Assembly: GCA_028534125.1 (NCBI GenBank)
Contig: CM052816.1
Coordinates: forward strand, 87,546,001-87,610,000
Source: Lama glama
Taxonomy: Eukaryota
Reading direction: 5' to 3'
Length of the DNA: 64,000 nt
Numbering within the stretch: the stretch's first letter is position 1; each line of letters begins with the position of its first letter. Below the pieces are notes generated by a model. The model was not told where the DNA came from. It worked only from the letters and a program-made list of their open reading frames with translations, and did not search any database. The position numbers were made by a program, and so were the translations under genes. Below, piece after piece: positions 50,381 to 63,400 of this stretch.

Positions 50381-52220
50381 TATGAGCAGGTGGTTGAGAG
50401 GGCCTGTGTTACCTTGGGGCACATGGCTGACATAAGACTCCAAAGACTGTCATTGAAAAGAGAGGATGGTGATGCTTTGCAGACTGGAAGGGCTGGTGCG
50501 TCATCAAAGCTGAGAGCCTTGCTTCCTCCATCCCCATCTGGGTGGTTCTCTAGGATTTGGCCAGGCCAGGTATCCATCTTGACATTGTGGCATCACCTTT
50601 CCTTTATCCCCTGGGTTCCCAACTTTGTGGAGGCATACTGTGGCTGGGAGAGAGCTAGAGCTCACTCAGATGAGGTAGGGGTGTCAGTCCTACATGTACA
50701 CTGAGCTCCTGGCACCTCCCAGCACTTCAAATGGAAGCCCCAACAAGCTCATGATCACCTGGGTCCAACCAGAAGGACCAGGTCTTGTTCCTGGATCCTG
50801 GGGGAACTGGTGTTCCTGATTGACTGACAAAGGCTGGCCATCTTCAACACCTGCTGAGGAACCCTATGGGGCAGGGGAAGATGCTGCTCACCTGGCTGTT
50901 GGTGGCCTAGAACCAGTGCTGAGTCCTTTCTGGATTTTCAAACCACCCAGATGCTCTTCTGCCTCTGGACCACTGTGGAGGAAGGCATCCAGCTGCTGTG
51001 CATCCTGGGCATCCTCAGCCGGATCTACCACACCCTCCTAGGCCCCTCTCAGAGGATGTGTCCTTCATTCATGGCCTGCAGCAGCACCTGTCAACAGCTG
51101 CCCCCTCAGAATCATAGCTACGCTGGTCAGCCTGATCTAATGCATGGCCATGATGGAGCTGAGCTGCAGACCACCTCTGATGTCAGTGTGCTCGGCACCA
51201 GAACAAGCGTGGCCTTGCCAAGCTCATGCAAGGACCCAGCCTGATGCATGTGGACCTCATGGGCTGGCCCCTTGGCCATAGACTGAAGATGAATTAAGAA
51301 CCCACTGAGGTCCTCTTGGAGCTGTACAGCAAAGAGGCAAGTGTAGAGGTGGTCACCAGGACTTCTGGCTTGAGGAAGAGTGTACCTGAGGCCAATGTGC
51401 CTCCTGCTGGACCTTCACCTTGGCCTTCACACTTCCCCTCCAGTGTGGGAGATTACAGGGGAAGTAATTATATTTCAGGGGAGCACATTTCCACTTTGCT
51501 TTTAGGAGAGAGGACACAGGGAATGTTGTTGGGTGGCCCTCAAGAACATTGTAGTAGACACTAGGCCATGGCTTCCCAGTATAACCTCAGGACATTGAGA
51601 CAGAAGGTCCTTGAGCTGCCCGTGAGGAAAACCACACCCTGACCAGGTGTTCCAGGAGACCAGAAGCGAGAGGGGTGTCCTTATCTCCAGCCACACTGGT
51701 GGGTATTACCAGCCAAAGACGATGATGGAGGAACGTGAACTCAGGTCCGTGGCCACACCAGGTACAGCGGTGCCCTTGGAGTGAGCAAGAGCCCTCGGGA
51801 GCAGGGCGAACGTCCTGTGCAGCAATGTGGGTAGGCACAGCCAGGGACCCCTCTAACACAGGCCCCCCAAAGCACTACTGGCCAAGCTGAGAGACTCTTG
51901 GCCCAGAGCATCTTGATGGTTTTACCCATTTTAAAGGTTTTTGTTTTTGTTTAATATAGTGTTTTTATTCTGTACTTTAAGCATATAGGGCACTTGGTTT
52001 TTAATGGTGGTGATTTTACTTTTCCTGATTTTTTTTCTCAAGTTATTTTTTTCACTGTGGAGCGTGGCTTTCCCTTTTTAAGTTTCCTATTGCCAATTGC
52101 TCATTTGGGAAAAGTGGCGGCAGTCACGTCTGATGGGTTGGGTTTGTGCGTAGCTTCATGTGTGGCTTGGGACAGTTTGCTCTGTATGGGTTGTGGGTTA
52201 AAAACTGTGTATGGTTAAGA
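50381..52220 (+). pseudogene. Decayed processed-pseudogene-like insert (probable 3' part of a CDS plus 3' UTR); parent gene not identified
   Basis: Sharp GC-rich island in AT-rich DNA, not resembling any repeat I recognise. Protein-like peptides switch frame, e.g. QMLFCLWTTVEEGIQLLCILGILSRIYHTLLGP (50948-51046) and HQNKRGLAKLMQGPSLMHVDLMGWPLGHRLKMN* (51196-51297). A GC-rich then U-rich UTR-like tail follows (51930-52215). No introns seen; CpGs are scarce. Confidence 0.65.
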
Positions 52221-52339
52221 ATTACAGTATTTAGAAACTAGAGCCCTGGAAGTTCTGGTCCTTATAGCCATGAGTGCAGGGTGCAGGGGCACCCATTAAA
52301 CAGTATGTGCATAAACATAGCTGATTTGTACCACCTACA

Positions 52340-53205
52340 AACATTTACCAGCTATCAGTAACTTTATAATGATTATCTGCGGTCCTTGCAGTAACCTGGC
52401 TAGATGCATCTATGTGTCCAATCCACATACTCTGAATTGCCTACATTCTAGAGCATGGCCCACATAGTCTTCCTTCCATCTCATGGCTGTAATGAATTGC
52501 CTGTGTTCCCGAGTGAGGCTAGTTTCTCTTGTGTCTCGCTCGAGGACCTGGCTTTAGCATCCTCACTCTCTCCTGCCTCCTCAATGTCACCCCTCTGTGG
52601 GTCATTCCTATTAGCATGAAACCCCTCTTCTCATCATTCCCCATTTAACCAACCAGTTCATTTCTTGTTTCCCTTTGTAGGAAAGCTCCTTCGAAGTGTT
52701 GGTTGTCTCTAATTTCTATCATTGTTCATCTTCCATTCTCTTTTGAGCTCTCGAAAATGCTACCTTCATACCTATCAATTCACCAAATGTGGTTTTATTA
52801 ACATCGCTTTGTGAAACGGTAAAGCTGGTTCTGTGATCACTTTACTTGACTTCCTTCAGCATTTTAAATAGTACATTCCTCGCTTCTCCTTGGAGCATTT
52901 CTTCCCTCGGCTTCTGAGTCACCACAGTCACCTGGATTTTCATTTGACCTCACTTGTCAGTGTTTGTTGCTGGTACATCTGATTTCCATGACATTCATTC
53001 TTACGATGCCCTCCACCTTTAGGCTTCCTCCGTTTTGTGGTTGTGTGTGTGGTGTGTGTGTTTATTTCCACTGTCCACCTCAACACCCAGTAACAGATTC
53101 TTTTATCTTTTATTCTTTTATCTTCTGCCACTAGGCACTTTTAATTGAACGTTTCATTGGCATCTCAAACTTAATGTTTCCAAGACTGAACATATTCTTT
53201 GTACC
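52340..53205 (+). mobile_element. L2 ORF2/3' fragment
   Basis: Pyrimidine-rich sense L2: TTTACTTGACTTCCTTCAGCATTT...CTTCTCCTTGGAGCATTTCTTCCCTCGGCTTCTGAGTCACCAC...GGCATCTCAAACTTAATGTTTCCAAGACTGAAC. Confidence 0.75.
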
Positions 53206-54749
53206 AACCTTTTTTGTAGCGATCATTTTAATGTAATGAAATGCTTAGTTGTTTGAGTTTGCCTTTTTTTAAATAGCTATTTTTTTTTCCCTTGGCCATC
53301 CATCCCCACTCCATATTTCCATGAGGGATGGCTGGCTTGATGTATTCCTTATGCCCAGCTTCTGGGTAAGCTTCTTATTTGAAGACATTTTCTTCTTTCT
53401 TTCTTTCTTTTCTTTTTTTTTTTTTTTGTGCTTCTAAGGTGGACTAGATGATCTAATAATCCTTTGATTCACAGGCAGACAGAATTTTCACTCAAGTCAG
53501 TAGGAGCTGTGCTTGGGTAAAAAGAAAGTGATCAGCCTCTTATGTCTGACCTTTGTTTTCCAAGTTGAGCATATGATTCTTCCGGAGGTGGTATTATGTC
53601 AATGAAAGACTGAAAGTCAATTAACTTCAAACAAGATCCTTTCTACAATCAATAAAGAACATCTTCCCATTTCGATTGGCAGACCTGAGTTAAATGTTGG
53701 CACAGCATTCAAATACTTATCACTCTATTAATGAGGGTATTATTTTTTTGTAATCCCAAAGAAACTGGCATCTCAAAATGCCGGATACAATGTAGTAGAT
53801 CATGAGTGACAAGTGCTTTTAGCTAGCATGTGTTGTAACGTGCAGTTATTGATATGAGAATGTATTACCTGTCATCTCATAAGGAACAATATATTTTGAA
53901 AAAATATAATACTCTGGTTAACTCCTATTTGATCATTTAATTCACAGTATTCTTTCACTTGGTACTTTTCTTGAATCTTCTGCATGATTTTATAGTTTTA
54001 TTCCATGCAAAATGTCTTATTACACTGGTAAGACAATGAATAGGTGACAAGTTGACCTTGAATCTGAAGCAAGTGATGAAACAAGAGGCAGGATTCATTT
54101 TGCTTTCCTTCTGTTCAGTTTTCATTTTAGTTATTTATAAGGTAATGATACTTTTCCTTAATTGTTGAATTATTCTGTCATGCCAGGCTTATTTTGTTTC
54201 ACATGGTTAATCTCAGAAGAATAGCAAGATTAAGCAGAACACTGAGTCCATCATCCTGGTCGTTATAAGAGACATAAATGCTTGGTTGAATGGAACTGTC
54301 TGGCATTTATTGTATCAACATAATCAAAGCAGTTCATAGGTGAGGGAAGTTTTACTCTTTTACAGAATAATACAAGGTATTTTTTTTTTCCTTTCTGGCA
54401 GCGAATTATTTTGAAATGAATCAGTAAACCTATGAATTCTTTAATAGTTGGAAATAATTAGGAGTTATTTTAAAATGCCCATCTTGTTTAAATGCTAATA
54501 TTAAGAAGGAAATACATGCCTTGAAATCCTACTTAATGGTTGATTTACATAAATTGTAATTTCCCTTTGAATGTCTTAGAGGTCTTGCATACTGATTGTC
54601 CATTGTATGGTTGCCATACATGTGTATGTATTTGCCATCTAGGTATATATGTTTTGTGTAATTTGATTTCTCGAGAACACTTCTAATAATAGAGAATAGA
54701 GAAGGCACAGTGCTTCAGGGTAGTAAATCCAGTTTTCTCCTTTCAAAGG

Positions 54750-54970
54750 TAAAAACACTATTTTGGAGTGAAGTCAACCTGCATTTTAATCCCATCTCAG
54801 TCCCTCAATAGTCACTTATTCACAATGTAAAACTGCAGGTTCTATCCTCATTTGTCTTTTTACAGCCATTGAATGTAATAACTCCGTCTCTGGGAGATTA
54901 AATGAGACCTCACATATAAGGAAATTGTCTAGCAGTGTGGCTTATGAATAGTTGGTTAAGAAAAAGTAAT
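54750..54970 (+). mobile_element. MIR SINE
   Basis: TTTGGAGTGAAGTCAACCTGCATTTTAATCCC...GAGATTAAATGAGA...CTAGCAGTGTGGCT. Confidence 0.6.
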
Positions 54971-55539
54971 AATTCTGTTTTAAAATGAGAGAAAAGCTCC
55001 CCCAAAATGAGTTAAAATTTTCAGTTAGTGAAGCCATCATGATGCTTGGTGAGTTCAATCACTTCCATGCCAGCTACCTAATATTTCATATTTTATTAAA
55101 TTTTTACTTTGTATTCCTTCTTTGTTTACTATTTTTTATTAACTGTCTACACACTCATTTCAGAACCTCCAAACAGAGTAAGTCTTCCTTCTCTTGAATT
55201 TATGTTTTATTTATTTTTTTCTTATTGTTGGTCTGAATGTGTTCAATGTTTCAATAGAAACATAAAACTTAACAATATCTGCCCAGAAAAATTCTTGTAT
55301 GTTCACAGTGAAAAAGTTTTGGTCACTGTATCTACCCTGAGAATAGCGTCACTCTTAAATCTTAAATATAAATAACTATTTTGTGTTCTATGTGTTAACA
55401 GTCCTACAAGTTTCATATTAGTAAAGAGAAGACTTTATGAACCTGTTAGATATATAATTATCTCTATGAAATCTACTAGAATTGAAATATTTGAAAGTCC
55501 AAATGTTTGAAGATATAAACCCTACATATTATAGGTTGT

Positions 55540-56010
55540 GTTTTCCAAATATACCAAGCAGAAATGGACCTCCAGCTTAGTCCACAAAAATATACAGTTA
55601 TGTAAAGGATGTAATACAAAGGTAAAAATCAGTTACCCCTCTCTAAAAATTACCAAAAGAAAGCTAGCATTGTTGACAATTATTTTAAAAGAAGCAATAA
55701 AACCAAGCATATATTCATAAGAGAATGGAAGATGAATTTATAATAGTGACACATGGTGTAACATAGATATAAAAATGAATAAACTACACTTTCTACCAAC
55801 AATAGAGAGAATCTTAGAAACAATATTATTGAATGGCAAGAAAAATGGAATAATGCACCATTTTTTAAGAACTAAAAAAGTAGAAAATGTATATACATAC
55901 CTGTTTTAACTAGAAATACACACATATCTGCAAAAATTATAAAAATAAAGATGAATTAAAAACAGGTGTATTACAGTAGTCACTCTTCCGGGTGGAATGC
56001 AAGCAGGTGG
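55540..56010 (+). mobile_element. Ancient L1 (L1ME-like) 3' fragment
   Basis: GCATTGTTGACAATT...AAAATGAATAAACTACAC...GAATCTTAGAAACAATATTATTGAATG...ATTACAGTAGTCACTCT. Confidence 0.6.
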
Positions 56011-56059
56011 ATGAGACAGGAGACTAGAAGATAAGGTTATGCAACAGCAAAGTCAATGC

Positions 56060-56290
56060 TAAGAGCAGATGTTTAATAGCACTGTGTGCCAGACACCGTT
56101 CCCAGTGCTTCACAAAGAGTAACTCACTTAACACTCATAATCACCTTCTACAACGGGTGCCGCTGTCGCATCTGTCGTTGTGCAGATGAAGCAAGTGAAA
56201 GATTCTGCCCAATGTTATGCAGCTATTTTTATGGAGCCCAGATTTAACCCGGACTTTCTCCAGATCCAGAGATTGTGTTCTTCATTATTG
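56060..56290 (-). mobile_element. MIR SINE
   Basis: TGTGTGCCAGACACCGTTCCCAGTGCTTCACA...AACTCACTTAACACTCATAA...GCAGATGAAG...GGAGCCCAGATTTAACCCGG. Confidence 0.8.
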
Positions 56291-57224
56291 AGACAAACTG
56301 TGAAGTCCACATGGTATTCAAGTTACTTTTATTTTTATATTAGTTTTCAAAAAATGGGTAAGTCAGGACCAAGAACATAATATGTTTGGGAAGCTACCAA
56401 AATCCTTAAAATAGCAATGGTCATTGTTCGAAGTGTCCTTCGTTGAGAAAAGAACGTATAACATATAAATCTATTGAGATCTCTTTGTTTACTGGTTAAA
56501 AGACAAAAGACAGTGTGCGCTATAAATCTCATGATGGTAATATAATAATATACAGATTTCATTTAATATTTATGTAAGTATATTTATTAATGTTCCAGTG
56601 AACTAATGTTCATCTTGACCAAATTTTAAACTTTCTTCTTAGGTACTTCTGCCAAATACTTCATAGAATCCCAATGGTGTTTGATTCTAAGCTGGTATGT
56701 TTTCATAACATTTTAATAATCCAGAAGAAATTTTATTTTATAGAGCTGTTAGAAATGAAAATGCCTTCTATAGTCAAGGACAGAAAATTCCAATGATAAG
56801 ATATGTAAGCAAATTTCAAAAAAGGGAGGTATATTTTTACTGTGCTTTACTAAAATGCACCAAGAAAATTCACTGGGGAATAACCAGAGAGCATCATTTC
56901 TAGGCTAGAAATCAAATATTAAATATTTGATCAAATAATTTTTTGTATTTTGATGCTCCATACTATGTTTTTATTTTGTGAAGTTACTCTTATAAAACAG
57001 ATAATTCCTGGTGTATTACAAAAAATGCCTAATTTTATGCCTAGTGATACTAAAATCACCCAGACTAGAATTTCTCAAAGATAATAGTTGTAAATTAGGA
57101 ACAGTGGGATAGTTCCTTCCTTTTGTTTCATTTCTCACTTCTAGGAGAATGTGCTTTGCTAGTGTCTACTAACAACTTTGCACATTACCAAATCTTAACA
57201 GTATTCTTTTGTCCACCCTAGATT

Positions 57225-57490
57225 GATTAGATGGTATAAAGGATGACTATCAAGTTTTCAGCTCAGGCAACTTAAATAATGAATGATGTCATTTTCTGTG
57301 TCAGGGGATATGCTTGAAGAATTGGTTTAGGAATGAGATGTTCAGAAATGTTGAACCATAGGTAGCTGTAAAATATCCAACTGACAATCCAGTACGTTTT
57401 TGGATATATGGGTGTGAATCTTGTAAAAGAATTCTGAAACATCAGACTCTGAGTTTTTGCATCCAATTTTAAGAACAAATAGAGCAGATA
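57225..57490 (-). mobile_element. L2 fragment
   Basis: GGATGACTATCAAGTTTTCAGCTCAGGCAACT...GAGATGTTCAG...TTGGATATATGGGTGTGAATCT. Confidence 0.6.
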
Positions 57491-57534
57491 AGGCATAACT
57501 AGGCTGCAGACAGGTTCAGCACAAAGGAAGAACA

Positions 57535-57790
57535 TAGCATTGGTATTAGCAGTTAGAATATTGACTTAGTCAAAAAAGGTCAATGACTGCCAGCTGTGTA
57601 CACTTTAATGCATCACTTAAGTTCTCTAAACATCAGTTATCTTCCTGTGGGGGATGCTAAGGTGGGGAGGGGAAATGGAAGGATGATACCCTCTCTGATT
57701 ATGCACAGGGCTATGTATACATGTGTATGGTTGTGATGGTCAATTAAGATAATGCAGGTGAAAGTACCTTGTAAATTATTAACTAAAGTG
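57535..57790 (+). mobile_element. MIR fragment
   Basis: CAGCTGTGTACACTTTAATGCATCACTTAAGTTCTCTAAACATCAGTTATCTTCCTGT...GGTTGTGATGGTCAATTAAGATAATGCAGGTGAAAGTACCTTGTAAA. Confidence 0.65.
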
Positions 57791-58399
57791 TAAATTATAA
57801 CTAAAATGTCACACAAACAAGAGGTATCACCATAATTGTCATGAAATATAGATTATTGTCGAGCATTATTTGCTTCAAAAAATACTTGGGAGTTTATGAA
57901 CTCACCGGCATGAATACATGCTTATCTTTGTGTTCACTGGGGAACGCCAAAGTTATTTCCTTCCTAAGTTCCATTTCATTCATGGAACGTCAAAGTTGAA
58001 GTGGAACTTCAGGATTACATCACCCAACCCCTTCATTTTTAATACACAGAAAATACAAATTTAATTTTGAGTATTGATACAATGAGAATTCAAGTCTCCT
58101 AACTGCAGTTTAGCACTCGTATTTACGCAGTGTGAAATCAGTCAGTTGATTGACAGGAGAGCCAGCTCTTCAGAACTTTCTCCATTCCTTATCAGTTTGT
58201 TCGATTAGCTCATCAAGTAGTTTCTAGTTCTTGGAGCCTTTGTATTATACTTTTATTTTGTAGACTTACTCGCATAAAAGAGATAATGTCCTATGTGTGA
58301 CAGAAAATGCCTACTAGAAAGAGTCTACGTGAAAATATTTCTGTGATATTATGGAAATCCACATTATTTATTGAAAGATGAATTAATAGATGAATTTTT

Positions 58400-58640
58400 C
58401 ATTTACTTATTTTGTCAGTCATTTATTTCCTTATTTGTTTATTTATTTGACAAATACGTATTGACTTTCTGTTATACACAGGACCCTATTTTAGGTGTTT
58501 GGGAACAAACACTCTAGAGATAAGAGATTGGTAAAACATAAATTGGAAAAAATCCACGAGGAAACTTCATAGTGTAATAAGTGTTCTGAAGGTAGTTGGT
58601 CTCTTGAGCTAAGGCAAGAAGGATGAGTCAGCCATGGAAT
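58400..58640 (-). mobile_element. L2 3' terminus
   Basis: TTTATTTATTTGACAAATACGTATTGAC...CAGGACCCTATTTTAGGTGTTTGGGA. Confidence 0.65.
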
Positions 58641-59139
58641 GCTCTGGTGGAGGAGGAACAGGGACCAGAGGTGCAAAGATTCAGATGCTACTGCATGCAG
58701 TGGACTTGGGAGGCCAGTTCATCTACTGCCTGGGAGAAAGAAATGAGATACTTAATTTCACTCTTCTTACCTCCGCACACAATCTGTAGAGCCTGGTTAG
58801 TTTGAAAAGTAGAGCTTATTTTGCCCGTAAATTATGTGTTTTATTAAGCTTAAATTTAGCTAATTTAAACTGGATTTCTTAAAAAAAAAATAGGTGTTTT
58901 TTGCTTTTGGTTTTTTTTAATACATGCTATTTGAACTATGTTAATACGAAATATAAAATGCAATATAGAAGGGAGAAAATATGAAAATATTGTACAGGAT
59001 TGTTCAGCACTAGAGAGTGAGTTTGATTTGTGGATCATGTAAGTTTTTAGGACAAGGAATTTATAGAGGACTCTTTTTTTCTGTTAAATTCAAATTTAAT
59101 GGAATAACTAATTCAACCATGATCCAGCTTTGGTGTAGA

Positions 59140-59400
59140 TCAGAATCACTCAGAAAAACTGGCAGAAGTAGTCTTGGGTTTTATTTCACTACACCAAGTT
59201 TGGGTCCTTGGATTGTTTTATTCATTTTTAAGGTGATTTTAATTGTACGAAAATTTGACAACCAAAGATGGCTTTATCATCAGATGAAGGAGTAGTAACA
59301 ATTATTATAGAAGATATCAATTGCAGGTTACTCGTCTGATCTCCAGTTTAGGAAGGAGAAGACACACTAAAGAAAAAGCATTTTTAAGATGTGAGTGACT
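59140..59400 (+). mobile_element. Possible L3/CR1 remnant
   Basis: Weak resemblance to the L3 3' region (CATTTTTAAGGTGA..., TTTAGGAAGGAGAAGAC). Confidence 0.35.
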
Positions 59401-61109
59401 GTTGAAAACATTAACCTGTTAGTTAGTAAATTTCACATGCTGCTAATCCTGAACCCCAGGTTCACAATAGGTAATATCATGTGTTATGATATCAAATAAG
59501 AAGAATTCATCTTCATTGAGGCAATGAATCACACTTCCTTGGTCTTTTCAATATCAGCCATTAGTGCTAACATTATTAATCATTTCTGAGTCATTTGATG
59601 AAATAGGATTGTCTCTTTCCTGTGTCTACCACATTCTGCTCATCCACATCATGAATTTCAATTTTAACATGTTCTCTATGGAGACAGAGGTTTTTTAGTA
59701 AAATATTTTTCTTGTTATTGCTAAAAATGAATCAGCTTGTAGGATGGGGGATTCACAGCGAAAGTGCACCATGGAGATTCCTCCTGAAATACAATCAATC
59801 AACTTCTTTTACATATTAGGCGTTGGGTCAAGTGTGCAGGATGTGTGGATGAGAAATGTTCCTTCCCTTAAAGAGCTTATTTTCTAGTAGAAATTTACAG
59901 GGAGTATGAAATAAGCTTGCTTGTACAGCTCCTGCTTCACCCCCATCTTTATCTAGATGTTTCTTGAATGAGTGAAGGAATGATCTAAAAGTGACTGTGA
60001 AGATTAAATTGTTCTCAGGCTCATCAGGACCTAGCATATCAACTTTTCAACAGAATATCTATTGCAATTCCAGACATTTTTCCTTGAGATCTTTTGCCAA
60101 AATGTCTTTGTATCTGCATTTGACTTAGCTATAACCTGTGGATATGTATCAGAAATGCTCTTAGTGCTTTCTGAGATCATAAGCGAAGTCCTGATTCTAT
60201 GTCCTACATTCATCAAACCAGAAAAATGAATTTCCCACATTAGAGAGAAACAACACAATGTAAAATATAGGTTTGTGAAAGAAGAATAATTGTGCTTAAC
60301 TATACTTATGAAGAAGATTACTGTATCTTGTGACAGTTTTTAAGGTCACTTTTGTATGGGCTTTTGTTAAAAATTTAATGGCTTCTTTTGTTTGTTTAAG
60401 TCTCAGTTAAAATTGGGGGTAACACAGCTACCTGTGCAAAATATGGTGTAGAGGATTATTTAGTTTTGGGAGAAGTTAGTATGTTCTGAATAGCTGAAAA
60501 CTGTGTCCATGTATTACAATGAGAAGTAACTTCAAGGTAGCTATATATGGCTCATTAATGGAGTGATGGACGATGGAAAAGTACATTTTGCATTAAATTT
60601 CAAAAGCATTTGGAGAGAACAGAGAAGAGCCAGTTCTTATTTTTTATTTTTTTCACAATGTGTCTCTGAAATGAATTTCAAATATGAAGATGCAATAAAC
60701 AATTCATTTTTGTCCCTACAAAGATTAGGTTACTATGAAAACATGGTTACTTTTTTCTCCCCATTTGCATCAATAAATTAAAATGCTCTCTTCAGCTACT
60801 TCCTGCGTAGGTTCAGCTGCTTACTGAGACTTCAGTTAACAAGTATTTACTAAGCTTATAGTGTATGCCAGGCATTCCTCCAGGTGCACTCTTCTCAGCA
60901 TCATTTTCAGTGCTGAAAACTTAAAAGTGATTAATTCATGGTCCATATTTCAAGGATCCAAGCATCCCCATGTGGCTGGGATTGTGCTGTTGGAAGTTAG
61001 GAAGTGCTGGGAGTTGAAAGGTCAGCTGGGCAGTGTATGGAGGGCTTTGAATGACATACTCATGGCTTTGGGCTGTACTTGTCAAGTAACAGATTTGTGT
61101 GGTTGAAAA

Positions 61110-61640
61110 TGTAATAGGTATCTGCTTCTTAGCTTGCTCAGCATTTTCCTTTTTGGATGTCAGACCCTCTTTATTCCTAGCCCTTTTAGATTGAATAGAT
61201 ATTAACACACTCCTCCTTAGAAGACAGACGTGGGTCTGAGATTTGGCCAGTTCAAGCACACTTTCCTCTGGTTTTTCTAATAAGACGTAATAAAACAGTC
61301 AAGTATTGATAATATGTGTTGACTATGGATCACCAATTATTTGGAACTATAAGATAATAAACATTTTATATTGACCACATTACTAAATTGATTGAATGCA
61401 TCTAAGACGGTCGCTGTGCGAACAAATAGAAAGAGTAAGTCAATGAAGAGGTAAGTGAAACTGAGGCATGGAAACAGACAAATGACTGGTAATGTTATCT
61501 GTGTACTTGGATGCGGTCACACCTGAAGCTGAAATTTCTTCTGAATTTAGTCACTTGGGTCAATAAATTCCTTTTCTTGTTTGTTTGAAACAATTGGAGT
61601 TAGATTTTGCCATTTTCAACTCAAATAAATGTAACTAATT
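61110..61640 (+). mobile_element. MaLR LTR (MLT1K/L-like)
   Basis: TGTAATAGGTATCTG start; CTTGGATGCGGTCACACCTGAAGC...GTCAATAAATTCCTTTTCTTG...GAGTTAGATTTTGCCATTTTCAAC end. Confidence 0.6.
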
Positions 61641-61699
61641 AAAATCGTCTTACAAAGAGAGATACTTAAAATAGAGTAGTGCAATTTTTTTTTAAACTA

Positions 61700-63400
61700 G
61701 ATATGATATGGGAGGACTTAAAGAATGGAGAATAAATAAAAGAAGGGAGTGTGGATATAAATTTGGGAGGGTATGGTGGTTAAATGTGATGGTAAGAGAG
61801 AGAGAATAGTAATTATTATTCTAAAGGCATTAACTAAAGCAAGGAAATCAAAAGAAAGATGGGAAGACTCCTGGGTAGCTAACAGGTGATTTTATTTTGA
61901 TAACTTTAAGGTTTGGTTACCATTTGAAATGAATGTTGGATTTCAGAAAGTATTAGAAAAGCAGATCTGATACTTTGGAGAACTTCTAGGCACAAATATG
62001 CAGATTTAGGATTTGTTGACATAGTTGAGAAAGATAATGCTTGGAGATAACAAATATACAAGTGCCTCAGATATCAAGGGAGGTGGGTGCCCTATACAAA
62101 GGGGTTGAGATCTCTGTAAAATCCAAAATAGGGTTGAAGCAAAGTGAGGGTCAGTAAAAGATTGCTAGATCTTGCATGTAAAATGTCATTACTATTATTT
62201 TCCAGAATAGTAAAATAGTGAGAGCTATCATCAAATTGCAGTGAATTTTGAAAAAAAAAAAAAAAGATGTTAAAAACTGAAGCCAGTAAAGGCACAGCAT
62301 ATTTTTAAAATAAATCTGGCAATGGAAGGAAGGCAAGATATATGGTGATACCTACAGGAAGGTATGTCAGAAAAAGGTTTAAGAAATATTAAAAAAAACC
62401 TTAAAAATTTTTTAAGAGTTTATAGGAGTAGTAGGAGGAGGATGTGGAGGAGGAGAGATAATAAAAGAGTAAAGCCACAGGAGAGAAGTAAAGTGACTTA
62501 TATATGATTCTGGAGGCGACAGAAGATTGCAACCTTGGAAGGAGTAAGAGACAGTTTCACCTGAGCTTGGAGGAAAGACAAAGTGAAGATGAAATCAGTT
62601 TTGAGATAGAAGAGAGGAAAGAAGAAAACATAACAGTTTTTACTTTGGTGAAGAGGCAGCTAGGTGATGTGCTGAGACCAAGACCGGTGGGACTGGAGCC
62701 TTGAGGTTCAAAACAATAATGGTGGAAAACAGAAAAGGCCTAGATGAGTTGATCACAGATAAATTTCTGTAAAAAATCTGTGACAGTAACTGAGTTTCCA
62801 GAAAAAGCTAGAAATCATCTATTTGTAATGAAACCTTTCTGGGAGTATTCCTCTCAATAATGCTGAGCTACCTGATGTAGGACCTGAGAAATGAAATAAT
62901 TGGGGATGCTGAAGGCTTATTTTGGCCACATGACTATTGTAGAAAGTGAACTGCAAAGTCTAATAAATTAAGGCTGATAGTGACAGGTGGGGTGGAGTGG
63001 TAGATATACTGGGCACAAGAAAAAAAGCTAAATATCTTGTGAAATGAAATCTCAAGGGGGCGATACATTGGGAAAACAACTTCATCAAAGGATGGGGTGA
63101 ACCAGAAGGATAATCATAGGGATATGAAGTCATCGTAATATGATGTCCAGTTCTTAAAAACGGTATACTCTAGCTGATCATATAGCCCAAGATGTACCTA
63201 TAGATAAATAATACTATACAATATCTATAATGAGATGCATGCTATAGAAAACTCAAGAGGAATAGAGCTAAAATTCATCGTCATGGCAGGGAGTTGTGTT
63301 CTGAAAACTGGGGCATAGAGTAAGTTAAAAACATGGATATTTTGAGGCATTATGGAAGTTGGAAAATAAAAGTTGAAGAAAATTGTGTGAAATCAAAAAC
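61700..63400 (-). mobile_element. Old L2 fragments
   Basis: Long purine-rich antisense L2-like tract, e.g. AAATATGCAGATTTAGGATT and GAAATGAAATCTCAAGG. Confidence 0.5.

Noticed and set aside
50855..50895. Walker A-like motif (PYGAGK or PMGQGK) in the retrocopy
   Set aside because: It depends on an assumed frameshift and lacks the conserved T/S after K, so it cannot support an NTPase assignment.
50390..52218. Cluster of overlapping ORFs on both strands as a functional locus or operon-like system
   Set aside because: Stop-codon scarcity is expected in GC-rich DNA. The protein-like signal shifts between frames and contains stops, which fits a pseudogene.
58849..58868. Near-palindrome TTAAATTTAGCTAATTTAA
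   Set aside because: Short, imperfect and almost all A/T; expected by chance in this composition.
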